From Nostoc sp. PCC 7120 = FACHB-418 (GTDB lineage: Bacteria > Cyanobacteriota > Cyanobacteriia > Cyanobacteriales > Nostocaceae): a stretch of 32,000 bases of DNA. This document shows positions 16,707-25,050 of this stretch, in pieces (within the stretch, counting starts at the first letter, position 1; every line of letters starts with the position of its first letter). Both the position numbers and the translations under genes were made by a program. The DNA lies in NCBI RefSeq assembly GCF_000009705.1, contig NC_003240.1:150001-182000 (forward strand). The letters are read 5' to 3'. The notes under the pieces were generated by a model, which was not told the origin of the DNA, did not search any database, and worked only from the letters and a program-made list of their open reading frames with translations.

Positions 16707-17159
16707 ATGCCTCGTCTTCAAATATTAAATTCTATTGAAAAACAAGCACTAGAACATATAGCGGCAACCAGCAGCGATGAAGTTAGCAAAAGAGCCAAGA
16801 TTCTGCTAGGACTAGACGAAGGCAAAAAATATGTAGCTTTAGCCCAAGAAATCGGTGTAACCGAAAAATCAATAGCAAAGTGGAAGAAAAGATGGACATC
16901 AAGTACCATCTTGTCAGAAACCCAAGAGTCGGCGATCGCAAAAGCTAATGAAGTATTGGGTGTCAACGTAGGCAGACCTAAGAAGTGCAAAAGTACAGAG
17001 GCAAGCAAAATTGTCGAAATCAGCGAATGGAGCAAGAACCGAAAACCTAGTCGCTCAAAGCACCACTACCATATGCAGGTAGCAGAAGAAGCCGCTAGGA
17101 GAGGTTTACCAACACTATCGCCAAGAAGTATAGGACGCATTTTGGAAGCTCAACCTTAA
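16707..17159 (+). CDS. Helix-turn-helix protein resembling the N-terminal DNA-binding part of IS630-type transposases (no DDE domain)
   Basis: RAKILLGLDEGKKYVALAQEIGVTEKSIAKWKKRW and GRPKK...SPRSIGRIL match the two HTH modules of IS630 ORF1-type proteins. The ORF stops at 150 aa. Confidence 0.7.
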   Translation: MPRLQILNSIEKQALEHIAATSSDEVSKRAKILLGLDEGKKYVALAQEIGVTEKSIAKWKKRWTSSTILSETQESAIAKANEVLGVNVGRPKKCKSTEASKIVEISEWSKNRKPSRSKHHYHMQVAEEAARRGLPTLSPRSIGRILEAQP

Positions 17160-17244
17160 TAGAAAAAGTCATCAAGCAAGTACCATCCTAGCCCAAGGGA
17201 GTAGTTTTGCAATCCCAGTTTTTACCGAGGCTTTTCATCAAAAT

Positions 17245-17751
17245 TTAAGCAAGCATTTCCACACACTCGACCACTTGAGCAGAGGTCACTTGTTGCGCGA
17301 TCAGAAAGTCAACGAGTCCATCAAGTTTTTTACGGTTGTAGACGGTAGAATAGCCTTGGATTCGGCGTTCTTTGCAGAACTGTCGCAGCTTCCGCGCACC
17401 TAAATCCAAAAGCTTCTTCCTTTCTTCCTTAACGTCTACTAGCACAAGCTGTCTAGCTTCATCCGCAACCCCAGTTTCAACAACTGGCGGAGCAGTTTCA
17501 ATAATGGAAGATTCTGGTTTAGAAAATTCTTCCCAAACAGAAGCAGCACCAACACCAGTCAAATCCCCATGAGTTTCCAAAACTGGCAACTCTTCAGAAA
17601 TCACCCCAACGCTATTACTAACTTGAAGTGATACTGATTGAGCAGGGACAAATATCACATAGAAGATTGGGAAGACCATCAAAAACAACTCGATTGGAAA
17701 CAAAACATCGTTAACAGATTGCACAAAAGGCGATATTGCAAAAGCAGACAT
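17245..17751 (-). CDS. Membrane-anchored hypothetical protein with a C-terminal HeH/SAP (Rho_N-like) motif
   Basis: N-terminal hydrophobic helix (LFPIELFLMVFPIFYVIFVPA). The C-terminal LDLGARKLRQFCKERRIQGYSTVYNRKKLDGLVDFL resembles the LxxLRxxaxxxgIxGxsxxxKxxLIxxL HeH motif. Confidence 0.55.
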   Translation of the reverse strand: MSAFAISPFVQSVNDVLFPIELFLMVFPIFYVIFVPAQSVSLQVSNSVGVISEELPVLETHGDLTGVGAASVWEEFSKPESSIIETAPPVVETGVADEARQLVLVDVKEERKKLLDLGARKLRQFCKERRIQGYSTVYNRKKLDGLVDFLIAQQVTSAQVVECVEMLA

Positions 17752-18022
17752 AATGTGGTTCCTCCATGAATTACTGATGGGCGGCGTTTAGCGGCTTACC
17801 ACCCAGTAGCGGGGGAAACCCCCGTACTGAGTGAAAGCTTTTACACGTATCCCAGCCAATAGCAGGAGAAAGGAGGATAAATTGCCTTTTTAAGCAATTA
17901 GATGAACTAAGTTTTCCAAAATTTGCAGATGTTGAATTCTAGAGATTATTAATTCAAAATACGGGAATTGCAAAAATGCGATTTTTCCGGCTTGTACTCG
18001 CAGCTTTTAGAAACCTCCTTAT

Positions 18023-19288
18023 TCATCTCAACACTCCATATTTTTTACTCTTAAGGTAGTTAACGTAGCTAACCAAGTTGTAGTTATATCTGAGTTCTTG
18101 AGGAACGAAAGTTGAGTAAGGATGCAGCGATACACCATCACGACGAAAGCAATGACAGGGCGCATATATATCAAAAAAGATAGATATTTCATCACCATCA
18201 ACTTCGATTTGAGCTATGCCCTTAAGTTCCTTTGCAAACTCTAAAACTTGTCCTGATGCTACATAGTCAAAGACCACTACATTTCGAGTACGGAAATACT
18301 GGATGTAAGAAAGAAGTGTTGCTTCCATACCAAGCTCAAGCAATCTGTCAGAATGTTTAAGCAAGATACCGGAATAGGAAAAAGAAAACCTACGGTTAGC
18401 GTATTCATCCCACAAGATAAGATTGCCATAAAATTTGTAAATATTCGCTTGATTGAACGATATTTCTCTATTTAAATTTTCGACAACAGCATCATCTTCA
18501 AATGGGAACAACGCCTTACGTTCATCCCATTGCTTATCTGGACAGCAACCATTTTCAAACCATCCATGTGGATGAATACCACAAACAATATTATTGGCAC
18601 CATGCAGTAAATTACACCCAGCACATACTCGCAAATAGCAAGAACTAAATTCTTCGCTATTAACTGCATTAATATAGCGTCGGTGTATATCTAAATGCTC
18701 CTCTAAAGCTTCACAAGATAAAGGTTTATACGAGGAGAATGTTTGTCCAATTAATCTGTCTGGATCGGTTTCATCATAGATTACTGCCAAGTCGTCAATT
18801 TGGTGAGAACGTAATTCTTCGTAAAGTACGAATTTCCGATATGGTTCTTCCTCAAATCTAGAAACAACCAAGCACTTTGAATCAGAATGTCTTGCAAAAT
18901 TCATCACCGTGTAAGTGTAAATTGAAGGCAGACAATCAGATTTTTCAGAGTTCTCAGCTTTTGTTAATACAAGCGGTTTTATGTCAGCTATTTTTGCAGT
19001 TTCTCTACTCGAATTAGTTTCCTCCGATTCTTCAACAATGCTTAAGAAAGCACCACCCAAGGAAGCAAAAATAATTCCGGTAAAGCCCAATACAATAGCA
19101 CCAGTGCCAATATAGACAATTTGTTCAGAGCGTTCTTTCTCGACGATTGGGAATCCGCCCTTAGCTAAGTACAATAAGCCCAAACCAGAAAAAGTTGCTA
19201 CAGTGCCTAAAGCAATAGCAGTCAAAGACACCATTCCAAAAGCAGCATTAAGGTTTCTCAAGCCATTAAACGCAAACTTCTTCAACAT
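18023..19288 (-). CDS. Membrane protein (2-3 N-terminal TM helices) with a Cys/His-rich cytoplasmic or extracytoplasmic domain
   Basis: 421-aa ORF with TM segments in the first roughly 85 aa. It carries the cluster CYLRVCAGCNLLHGANNIVCGIHPHGWFENGCCPD. Confidence 0.7.
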   Translation of the reverse strand: MLKKFAFNGLRNLNAAFGMVSLTAIALGTVATFSGLGLLYLAKGGFPIVEKERSEQIVYIGTGAIVLGFTGIIFASLGGAFLSIVEESEETNSSRETAKIADIKPLVLTKAENSEKSDCLPSIYTYTVMNFARHSDSKCLVVSRFEEEPYRKFVLYEELRSHQIDDLAVIYDETDPDRLIGQTFSSYKPLSCEALEEHLDIHRRYINAVNSEEFSSCYLRVCAGCNLLHGANNIVCGIHPHGWFENGCCPDKQWDERKALFPFEDDAVVENLNREISFNQANIYKFYGNLILWDEYANRRFSFSYSGILLKHSDRLLELGMEATLLSYIQYFRTRNVVVFDYVASGQVLEFAKELKGIAQIEVDGDEISIFFDIYAPCHCFRRDGVSLHPYSTFVPQELRYNYNLVSYVNYLKSKKYGVLR

Positions 19289-19559
19289 AATTTATCCCTC
19301 CAAAATGCAGGTCACAAGATTTTTAATTACTCTTGCCCCGGCACAAATTGGGATTTGCTGAGAACTACACTACTAACCTACCCCTTACTCTATTAACAAT
19401 TCCACAACTATTTAATAGATATGTACTCGTTAATTTTCAGTCTCAGTAGTAGTTTCATTCCCAATGGTGATAGCAAGAGTCGAACTTGCTTTGTTGCTGA
19501 AAACAACAATCTAACCGAACTGGAATATCACCAAATAATAATATTTAGAAATAGCATAT

Positions 19560-20039
19560 CTACTTTCCAAAAGTCCAAGTATTAGTTTCGTTTAATTCCA
19601 ATTCTTCAAAACAGTTAACAAAACCCGTAAAATGAAAACATCTTAGCGGCAGCCGAGATATTAATAGTAAAGAAAAATTTTCTAGTTGAGCCAACTGTTG
19701 TAATCTCAATAAATCGTCGCTAAAACTATCGCTAACAAAGTGCAATCTATCAAAATTATCAATCACAAGTAGTCTATTGAATCCTTCAGATAATTCGGTT
19801 ACTATATTTTGCCAATCCTGCTGGTAGTACAAATCAAAACTCATAGGAATAACATCAAATAAATGAGCCACACTAAAAGGATATTCAAGATTGAGATAAA
19901 CAGATTCTAAAGTAATATCTTTAAGTAAACAGTTTTTAACAGTAAAAGTCTTACCAATATCCTGTTTACCCCATAAATTAACATTCTTGCCTGCATTTAG
20001 TTCACCAATCAACCAAGTATATTCTTTATAACGTAACAT
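19560..20039 (-). CDS. Minimal P-loop ATPase (AAA/ORC-like)
   Basis: Walker A WGKQDIGKTF and Walker B LLVIDNFDRL in a 159-aa ORF, 21 nt downstream of the RusA-like gene. Confidence 0.6.
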   Translation of the reverse strand: MLRYKEYTWLIGELNAGKNVNLWGKQDIGKTFTVKNCLLKDITLESVYLNLEYPFSVAHLFDVIPMSFDLYYQQDWQNIVTELSEGFNRLLVIDNFDRLHFVSDSFSDDLLRLQQLAQLENFSLLLISRLPLRCFHFTGFVNCFEELELNETNTWTFGK

Positions 20040-20060
20040 TACTATTATCCTTTAGATAAA

Positions 20061-20537
20061 CTACAATTGTTTTGAGATTAAATGTGTGATTTTTTGATTG
20101 TGTCTTTCTAAACTACTTCTGGAGAATTGGTTAGATACAATAAAGTTCTCTAATAAAAAATCAGGTGATTGTGAAAGTCTTAACAGCACACCATCATCAC
20201 CACTACTGCGATGATAGTAATGTACAACAGGTGATTGGATAACTGTCAGGTTATCGTTACGAATTGCTCGTCCTGTAACTAGCCCATCCATAATAAATTT
20301 AGCGGCAGCAGCTACATTATCACTATCTCGTGCAAAATTTTTGAGATACCAATGAAACTCAATCCACACTGTACTATCTAAACAAAATTCACAGTCTCTA
20401 ACAAATTCACCAATTAAGTTTGTCCAGTACTTCTTAAGTTCAGCACTAGCTTGCCAACTCGACCGTGCCTGGTTAATAATTTCGTTCATACAAGGGGGTA
20501 AAGGCATGGTTAGTTCAAATATCATCTTCACCGCCAC
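20061..20537 (-). CDS. RusA-family crossover junction endodeoxyribonuclease-like protein
   Basis: LTMPLPPCMNE (compare E. coli RusA LPWPPSNN) and RDSDNVAAAAKFIMDGLVTGRAIRNDN (compare [25 protein letters not shown]). The start overlaps the FtsK-like stop, and alternative in-frame ATGs lie at 20525 and 20507. Confidence 0.65.
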   Translation of the reverse strand: MAVKMIFELTMPLPPCMNEIINQARSSWQASAELKKYWTNLIGEFVRDCEFCLDSTVWIEFHWYLKNFARDSDNVAAAAKFIMDGLVTGRAIRNDNLTVIQSPVVHYYHRSSGDDGVLLRLSQSPDFLLENFIVSNQFSRSSLERHNQKITHLISKQL

Positions 20538-22704
20538 CTTTAAAGTTATTTAAAAATTCTTCGACAACGTTTCTAAATTTCTTGTATGACCTACCATCTT
20601 GACGGGATAAATTGAATACTGCTTTGACAATTTCATCAAGTTGATAGCCTTTTTGATGCAAATTCATAATTGAGTTTCTTGCTTCTTCGTCAAGTTGCAC
20701 CTTAAAACTAAAGCTGCCCTCAAAATCAGTCTTAGATTGCTTAGTTTTAGTAGCAGTAGTGGCTTTAAATTTACCATTATCATTACTACTACTCTCGTCA
20801 TACAGACTAGCGACAAATTCATCAAAATCTAACCCAGATTTCCATGCTGTATAAGGATCGTTCTGGTTTTTTGCTTCCAAGAGTAATTGCTGGAAGTATT
20901 CAGGGTCTTCATCGTCAGCAACATATAAAGCTTGGAGTCGTAAAACTTCAGTCGTCTTGTACAAGAAATCACCGTATCCCAGCAAATAAACCGCACGCTT
21001 GTCTTTATCGTCCCCAAGGATGATACAACTGTCTTCAGGGCGAGTTGTAACAAAGGCTGTCTTCGCTGGAAAGTTTGAACGAATCAACGGGTCTATCACG
21101 TTTTTGTCAGGTCGCTGGGTATATAACAATACATGAATCCCCGCACCACCAGCTTTTGCAAGCAACTTCATCAGCGCAGTCTCAATGCGATCGCAGTAGT
21201 TATCATCAGAAAGTAGGTCAAAACACTCGTCAATCAGACAAATCACTCGTGGCATGATGCAATCAGGTGCGAACCGTGAGTTGTACTGTGCGATCGTTTC
21301 AATACTGCTGTGGCGCTCAAATTCCTGGTAACGCAATTCCATTTCTTCGACCAAGTAATCGAGTAAGTTAGCGGTAGACTCTGCATCACGCGCAACTGGG
21401 GCAACAAGATGGGGAAGTCCATCAAATTTACCAAAGGTCACGCGCTTAACATCTGAAAGTGCCAATCGAACAACAGAAGGGGGATATCGTCGCACCAAAT
21501 ACAAGATTGCGGCTTTCTCAAACTGCGACTTTCCACCCCGCGTCCGCCCACCACCAAGGATATGAGTCACGTTATCGCTATAAAGGGGAATTTCAACATA
21601 AGTGCCATCAACATCAACACCACCGGGGATAGACACCGAATAAATGTCAGGTTCGCCGTCAAAACTAAAGTAATCACGAAAATAAGCAAATTGTCTGTCT
21701 AACCTGGGTATGTCAAATACAACTCCCCCAGGCACTACACTCACCATTGGCGCAACTTTCAAGCCTAATTCTTCACCAAGCTGCTGTACTAAGTCATTAC
21801 CGATGTCTTCTACTTTTTTATAACTAACACCTCGTTCTAGTTTTACCCTAATACGGTTAAAAGTAGGGCCATTTTTGGCATCAACATACTTAGCATTAAT
21901 ATTAAAATCTTCTAAAGTATCAACTAATAGTTTTCCTGCTTGTCCCATAGTTAAAATATTTGAGCTAACAATCCCATTATTAGCAATTTCACTATTTAAA
22001 TATTTAGTTTCTTTTAAAATAATTGAGCCATCACCTGTCACTTTTAAATCTAGTGGTTTACCTGTGGCACGCGCAACAAGCACTGCCGTTCGACAGCAAT
22101 AGTTTTTAATAAATTTATCTTTAGATTGATTGGCTAAATCAGTAAAATAACTAATTGGTTTATTATTTAATAATAAATTATAAAGGTTCTCTTGAACTAA
22201 TTCATACCCAATCTGCTTAAGATAAATATTTTTTATAGACTCAATATATTCAAATAAAGATTCAATTGGCGAACTACTAACTATCTCAATCATTTTTTGA
22301 TACACGTTATTTTGCTCCCACTGTGATGGCATTCGATGGAGATGGATATATTCAAGTGCATAACGTACAAACTCGTACTGATTTAAAGTACAGTGTTCTG
22401 CACATATTGATAATATTTCATTATCGTTCGTACCTGCAATTACTGATTCGTATATTACCTGAAATAAAAATTCTAAGTTAAATTCAACAACTGGACGTGA
22501 TAATTTTGCTCTAAAGTCAATCTGCTTTAAAACAGTTTCAGCATAAAAAACCATTGCGTCCGGTAAAGCTTCCTGTACATTCTCTATAATCTCTTCATTG
22601 CTCAAACCATCTTGTTTGGCCTGTACAATTGCAGTCCAAAGCTGTTGTTTTTGAAATTCAGTATTGTTGTTATTAATATACATTTCTAACATTACTTTTC
22701 TCAA
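20515..22704 (-). CDS. FtsK/SpoIIIE-family DNA translocase
   Basis: Walker A GGGRTRGGKSQF, Walker B VICLIDECFDLL, and the hallmark HVLLYTQRPDKNVIDPLIRSNFPAKTAFVTTRPEDSCIILG. Confidence 0.9.
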   Translation of the reverse strand: MRKVMLEMYINNNNTEFQKQQLWTAIVQAKQDGLSNEEIIENVQEALPDAMVFYAETVLKQIDFRAKLSRPVVEFNLEFLFQVIYESVIAGTNDNEILSICAEHCTLNQYEFVRYALEYIHLHRMPSQWEQNNVYQKMIEIVSSSPIESLFEYIESIKNIYLKQIGYELVQENLYNLLLNNKPISYFTDLANQSKDKFIKNYCCRTAVLVARATGKPLDLKVTGDGSIILKETKYLNSEIANNGIVSSNILTMGQAGKLLVDTLEDFNINAKYVDAKNGPTFNRIRVKLERGVSYKKVEDIGNDLVQQLGEELGLKVAPMVSVVPGGVVFDIPRLDRQFAYFRDYFSFDGEPDIYSVSIPGGVDVDGTYVEIPLYSDNVTHILGGGRTRGGKSQFEKAAILYLVRRYPPSVVRLALSDVKRVTFGKFDGLPHLVAPVARDAESTANLLDYLVEEMELRYQEFERHSSIETIAQYNSRFAPDCIMPRVICLIDECFDLLSDDNYCDRIETALMKLLAKAGGAGIHVLLYTQRPDKNVIDPLIRSNFPAKTAFVTTRPEDSCIILGDDKDKRAVYLLGYGDFLYKTTEVLRLQALYVADDEDPEYFQQLLLEAKNQNDPYTAWKSGLDFDEFVASLYDESSSNDNGKFKATTATKTKQSKTDFEGSFSFKVQLDEEARNSIMNLHQKGYQLDEIVKAVFNLSRQDGRSYKKFRNVVEEFLNNFKGGGEDDI

Positions 22705-23369
22705 TTATTAGAATGATAAAATTGAGTTAAGGACTAAAAAATTCACTATGAAAAATTGGAATAAGTGGAATGCAGAAGAAGAAAAACTTCTTGCTAGATT
22801 AGTTACAAAATGCTCAAATATTGATGAAATACATCAGGAATATTTTCCATATAGAAGTAGACAATCAGTAAAAGGAAAACTGAGGTTACTAGGATTAACA
22901 CTTGAACCACAATGGACTGTCGAGGAAGAAGAAATATTACATGAACTTTACTCTGAGCTATCACCAAAGATGATACAATCTCAGTTCATGCCTCATAGAA
23001 CTCTTCCCGCAATTCACGCTAAAGCACAAAGGCTTAACCTAAAACAACGCCATAGATGGACAAAAGATGAAATACGATACCTCAAAGATAACTATTTAAC
23101 TGAAACTTATGAGGTCATAGGAAAAAAATTAGGTAGAGACGAAGCAGGGGTAAGAGCGAAAGCTCAAGCAATGAAATTAAGAAAACTTGAGTCGTACACA
23201 GTTAATCATAATTATTTTAGCACTCCAAATTTAGAAAATTGCTATTGGGCAGGATTTTTAGCAGCTGATGGATGCATAAATTATTCAAGTCATGGTTATA
23301 TTCTAGAAGTTGGACTACAGGAACAAGATTTAGAGCATTTAAAAACATTAAAGGATTTACTTGAATGCG

Positions 23370-23378
23370 ATCATCAAA
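23370..23378. repeat. Target site duplication ATCATCAAA (left)
   Basis: An identical 9-mer directly flanks the other IS end at 24545-24553. Confidence 0.85.
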
Positions 23379-23396
23379 GGGAGCATCTCACTTTTT
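23379..23396. repeat. IS terminal inverted repeat GGGAGCATCTCACTTTTT
   Basis: Perfect reverse complement of 24527-24544 (AAAAAGTGAGATGCTCCC). Confidence 0.9.
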
Positions 23397-23404
23397 AAAG
23401 TGGC

Positions 23405-24471
23405 TCAAACAAACAATAATCCATTGAGGTAAGCACAGCGATGAGCCAGAACTTGAGGCACATTTTCTCGTTTCCATTGCGCCCCAGAAATCTTTGTTCG
23501 ACGGTCAATCTGTTTAACGGCAGATTCAACAGACCCAGAACCAATGGAACAAATTTCTTCAGCTTGATGATATTCGTAGTTGATGATGCGATGACGATGC
23601 TTATCGAGATAACGACAAAAGTTTTGTACTTGTTTACCCTGACAACCAGTAAATAAGGCTTTAGCTTCTTCGACTTGACCTTTCCATAGTAAGGCTTGTG
23701 CCTGTTTCAAGCGTTTTTGTGAACCCCCAATTTTGTGAAGGTTTTCTATCAAATGAAACCAATCAAGTACTTCTCGACGTTGTACATCAGGTGCTAATTG
23801 GTCAATAATATTCCAAATGCCGTCATGCCCATCACCAATACAAGTGACTGTACTAGCCAGTAGTTGGTCATTCACCCAATCAATCACAACCTGATTATCT
23901 TGAAAGGACGTTCCAACAGTTTTGAGATGATGTAAGCTAATCGCTTTATAGCCAAGCCACGCACATACTTCTCCTGATTGAGTCCGAATGCGGATATTTC
24001 CACCATCAACACTTAATTCTTCAACTGTATGTTCTTGTGTTGGTAATTCAAATTTCTGACGATGTACCAATCTCTGTTGACTGCTGCGGGAGATATATAC
24101 ACCCGTAAAATACTCGATATCTGATGCCGCATCTTCATAGCTGACATTCGCGCTCACCCGTAAACAACAAGTTTCTAGATATGGACTCAGTTGGCTACTT
24201 GGCTCGACTTCTAGCTCAATAGCTTGCTTGCTCGTTATTGGTAACTCTCCCAGGATACTTTTGAGTCGTCGTTGGTATCCTGCGGTGGTTCCTGTAACTG
24301 CTTCGACAAAAAAACCCCTACTTCTGGCATTACATGCTTCTGCATTTGATTCCGCACTGCTTGTTCAATTCCTGCAAGGCTCGTTAGCCTTTCTGGTGAC
24401 GTGTCTTCGTACAATATTTTAGCTATCGCTTTGACATGTTCTTGAAGAGCTTGCTTTTGTTCTGGAGTCAT
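23405..24471 (-). CDS. IS transposase (ISKra4-like) in two overlapping frames joined at a T7 tract
   Basis: ORF A (24471-24235) and ORF B (open from about 24363, running to 23405) overlap, with ORF B in the -1 frame. The overlap contains U UUU UUG (24313-24307, minus strand). ORF B carries CIGDGHDGIWN, DWFHLIENL and GSGSVESAVKQIDRRTKISGAQW, as I recall for ISKra4-type transposases. Confidence 0.75.
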
Positions 24472-24526
24472 CGTTAAGTAAATACACTCATCTTACTTAT
24501 CCTGACTGATTTTTAACCTCTTTGCA

Positions 24527-24544
24527 AAAAAGTGAGATGCTCCC
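24527..24544. repeat. IS terminal inverted repeat (right end)
   Basis: AAAAAGTGAGATGCTCCC, the complement of 23379-23396. Confidence 0.9.
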
Positions 24545-24553
24545 ATCATCAAA
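24545..24553. repeat. Target site duplication ATCATCAAA (right)
   Basis: Same 9-mer as 23370-23378, in the same codon phase of the disrupted gene. Confidence 0.85.
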
Positions 24554-25050
24554 TAGCCGAAATGCATAACTCTAATCAAAAACATCAATATCCATTTGGG
24601 AAAACCTACACTAATGGTAAAGCCTTTAGATTGAGAATAAATAGTAAACAAATATGTGATGATTTAATTGGCAGATTTAATATTACACCAAATAAATCTT
24701 TGACTCTTGAACCTCCTGTTCTAGATAATGAGCAATTGATAAAAGCATTCATTATCGGATTAATAGATGGGGATGGTGGCGTAAACTTATTCAAAGTCAA
24801 AGGAAAAGTTAATAGCATAGAAATAGACCTCACAGGAACAATAGAAGTACTCAATTGGGTAAAAAACTGGTTTGATATTTGGGTTCCTAATAATCACTAC
24901 AAATGTGCTAAACCCAAACAAAGCATGAATTCAAAAGCTTATCGATATCATGTAGCAGGAAAACGAGGAATAGAATTATGGAAAATACTATCTCAAGTTA
25001 ATGTACCTAAGTTAAAACGTAAATGGCACAAACCTTTACCCTATTTTTGA
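24545..25050 (+). pseudogene. 3' part of the LAGLIDADG homing endonuclease gene
   Basis: Contains the second LAGLIDADG motif, FIIGLIDGDGGV, roughly 105 aa after the first in the reconstructed protein. The GTG 'start' at 24532 lies inside the IS repeat and is an artefact. Confidence 0.8.

Larger units (their letters stand above)
22748..23398 (+). pseudogene. 5' part of a SANT/Myb-repeat + LAGLIDADG homing endonuclease gene, interrupted by an IS
   Basis: Three W-x2-EE/DE Myb-like repeats (WNAEEEKLL, WTVEEEEIL, WTKDEIRYL), then the first LAGLIDADG motif YWAGFLAADGCI. The native frame is lost at 23378, where the IS begins. Confidence 0.8.
23379..24544 (-). mobile_element. Insertion sequence, ISKra4-family-like, 1166 bp
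   Basis: Bounded by 18-bp perfect inverted repeats starting with GGG and by a 9-bp direct duplication. It encodes a DDE-type transposase on the minus strand. Removing it restores the host ORF in frame. Confidence 0.85.

Noticed and set aside
17804-17829. Strong hairpin CAGTAGCGGGGG-AAA-CCCCCGTACTG (one bulge) between the 421-aa and 168-aa genes, considered as a Rho-independent terminator
   Set aside because: No U-tract follows it on either strand. It may be an RNA processing or stability element or a leader structure, but I cannot support a terminator call.
20829-22102. ORFs 20829-21053 (-), 21075-21257 (+), 21243-21434 (-) and 21875-22102 (+)
   Set aside because: They lie inside the FtsK/SpoIIIE gene, in other frames or on the other strand. 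They are shadow ORFs.
23441-24854. ORFs 23441-23656 (+), 24228-24422 (+) and 24606-24854 (-)
   Set aside because: They are antisense to the transposase or to the LAGLIDADG 3' fragment, and none has a motif.
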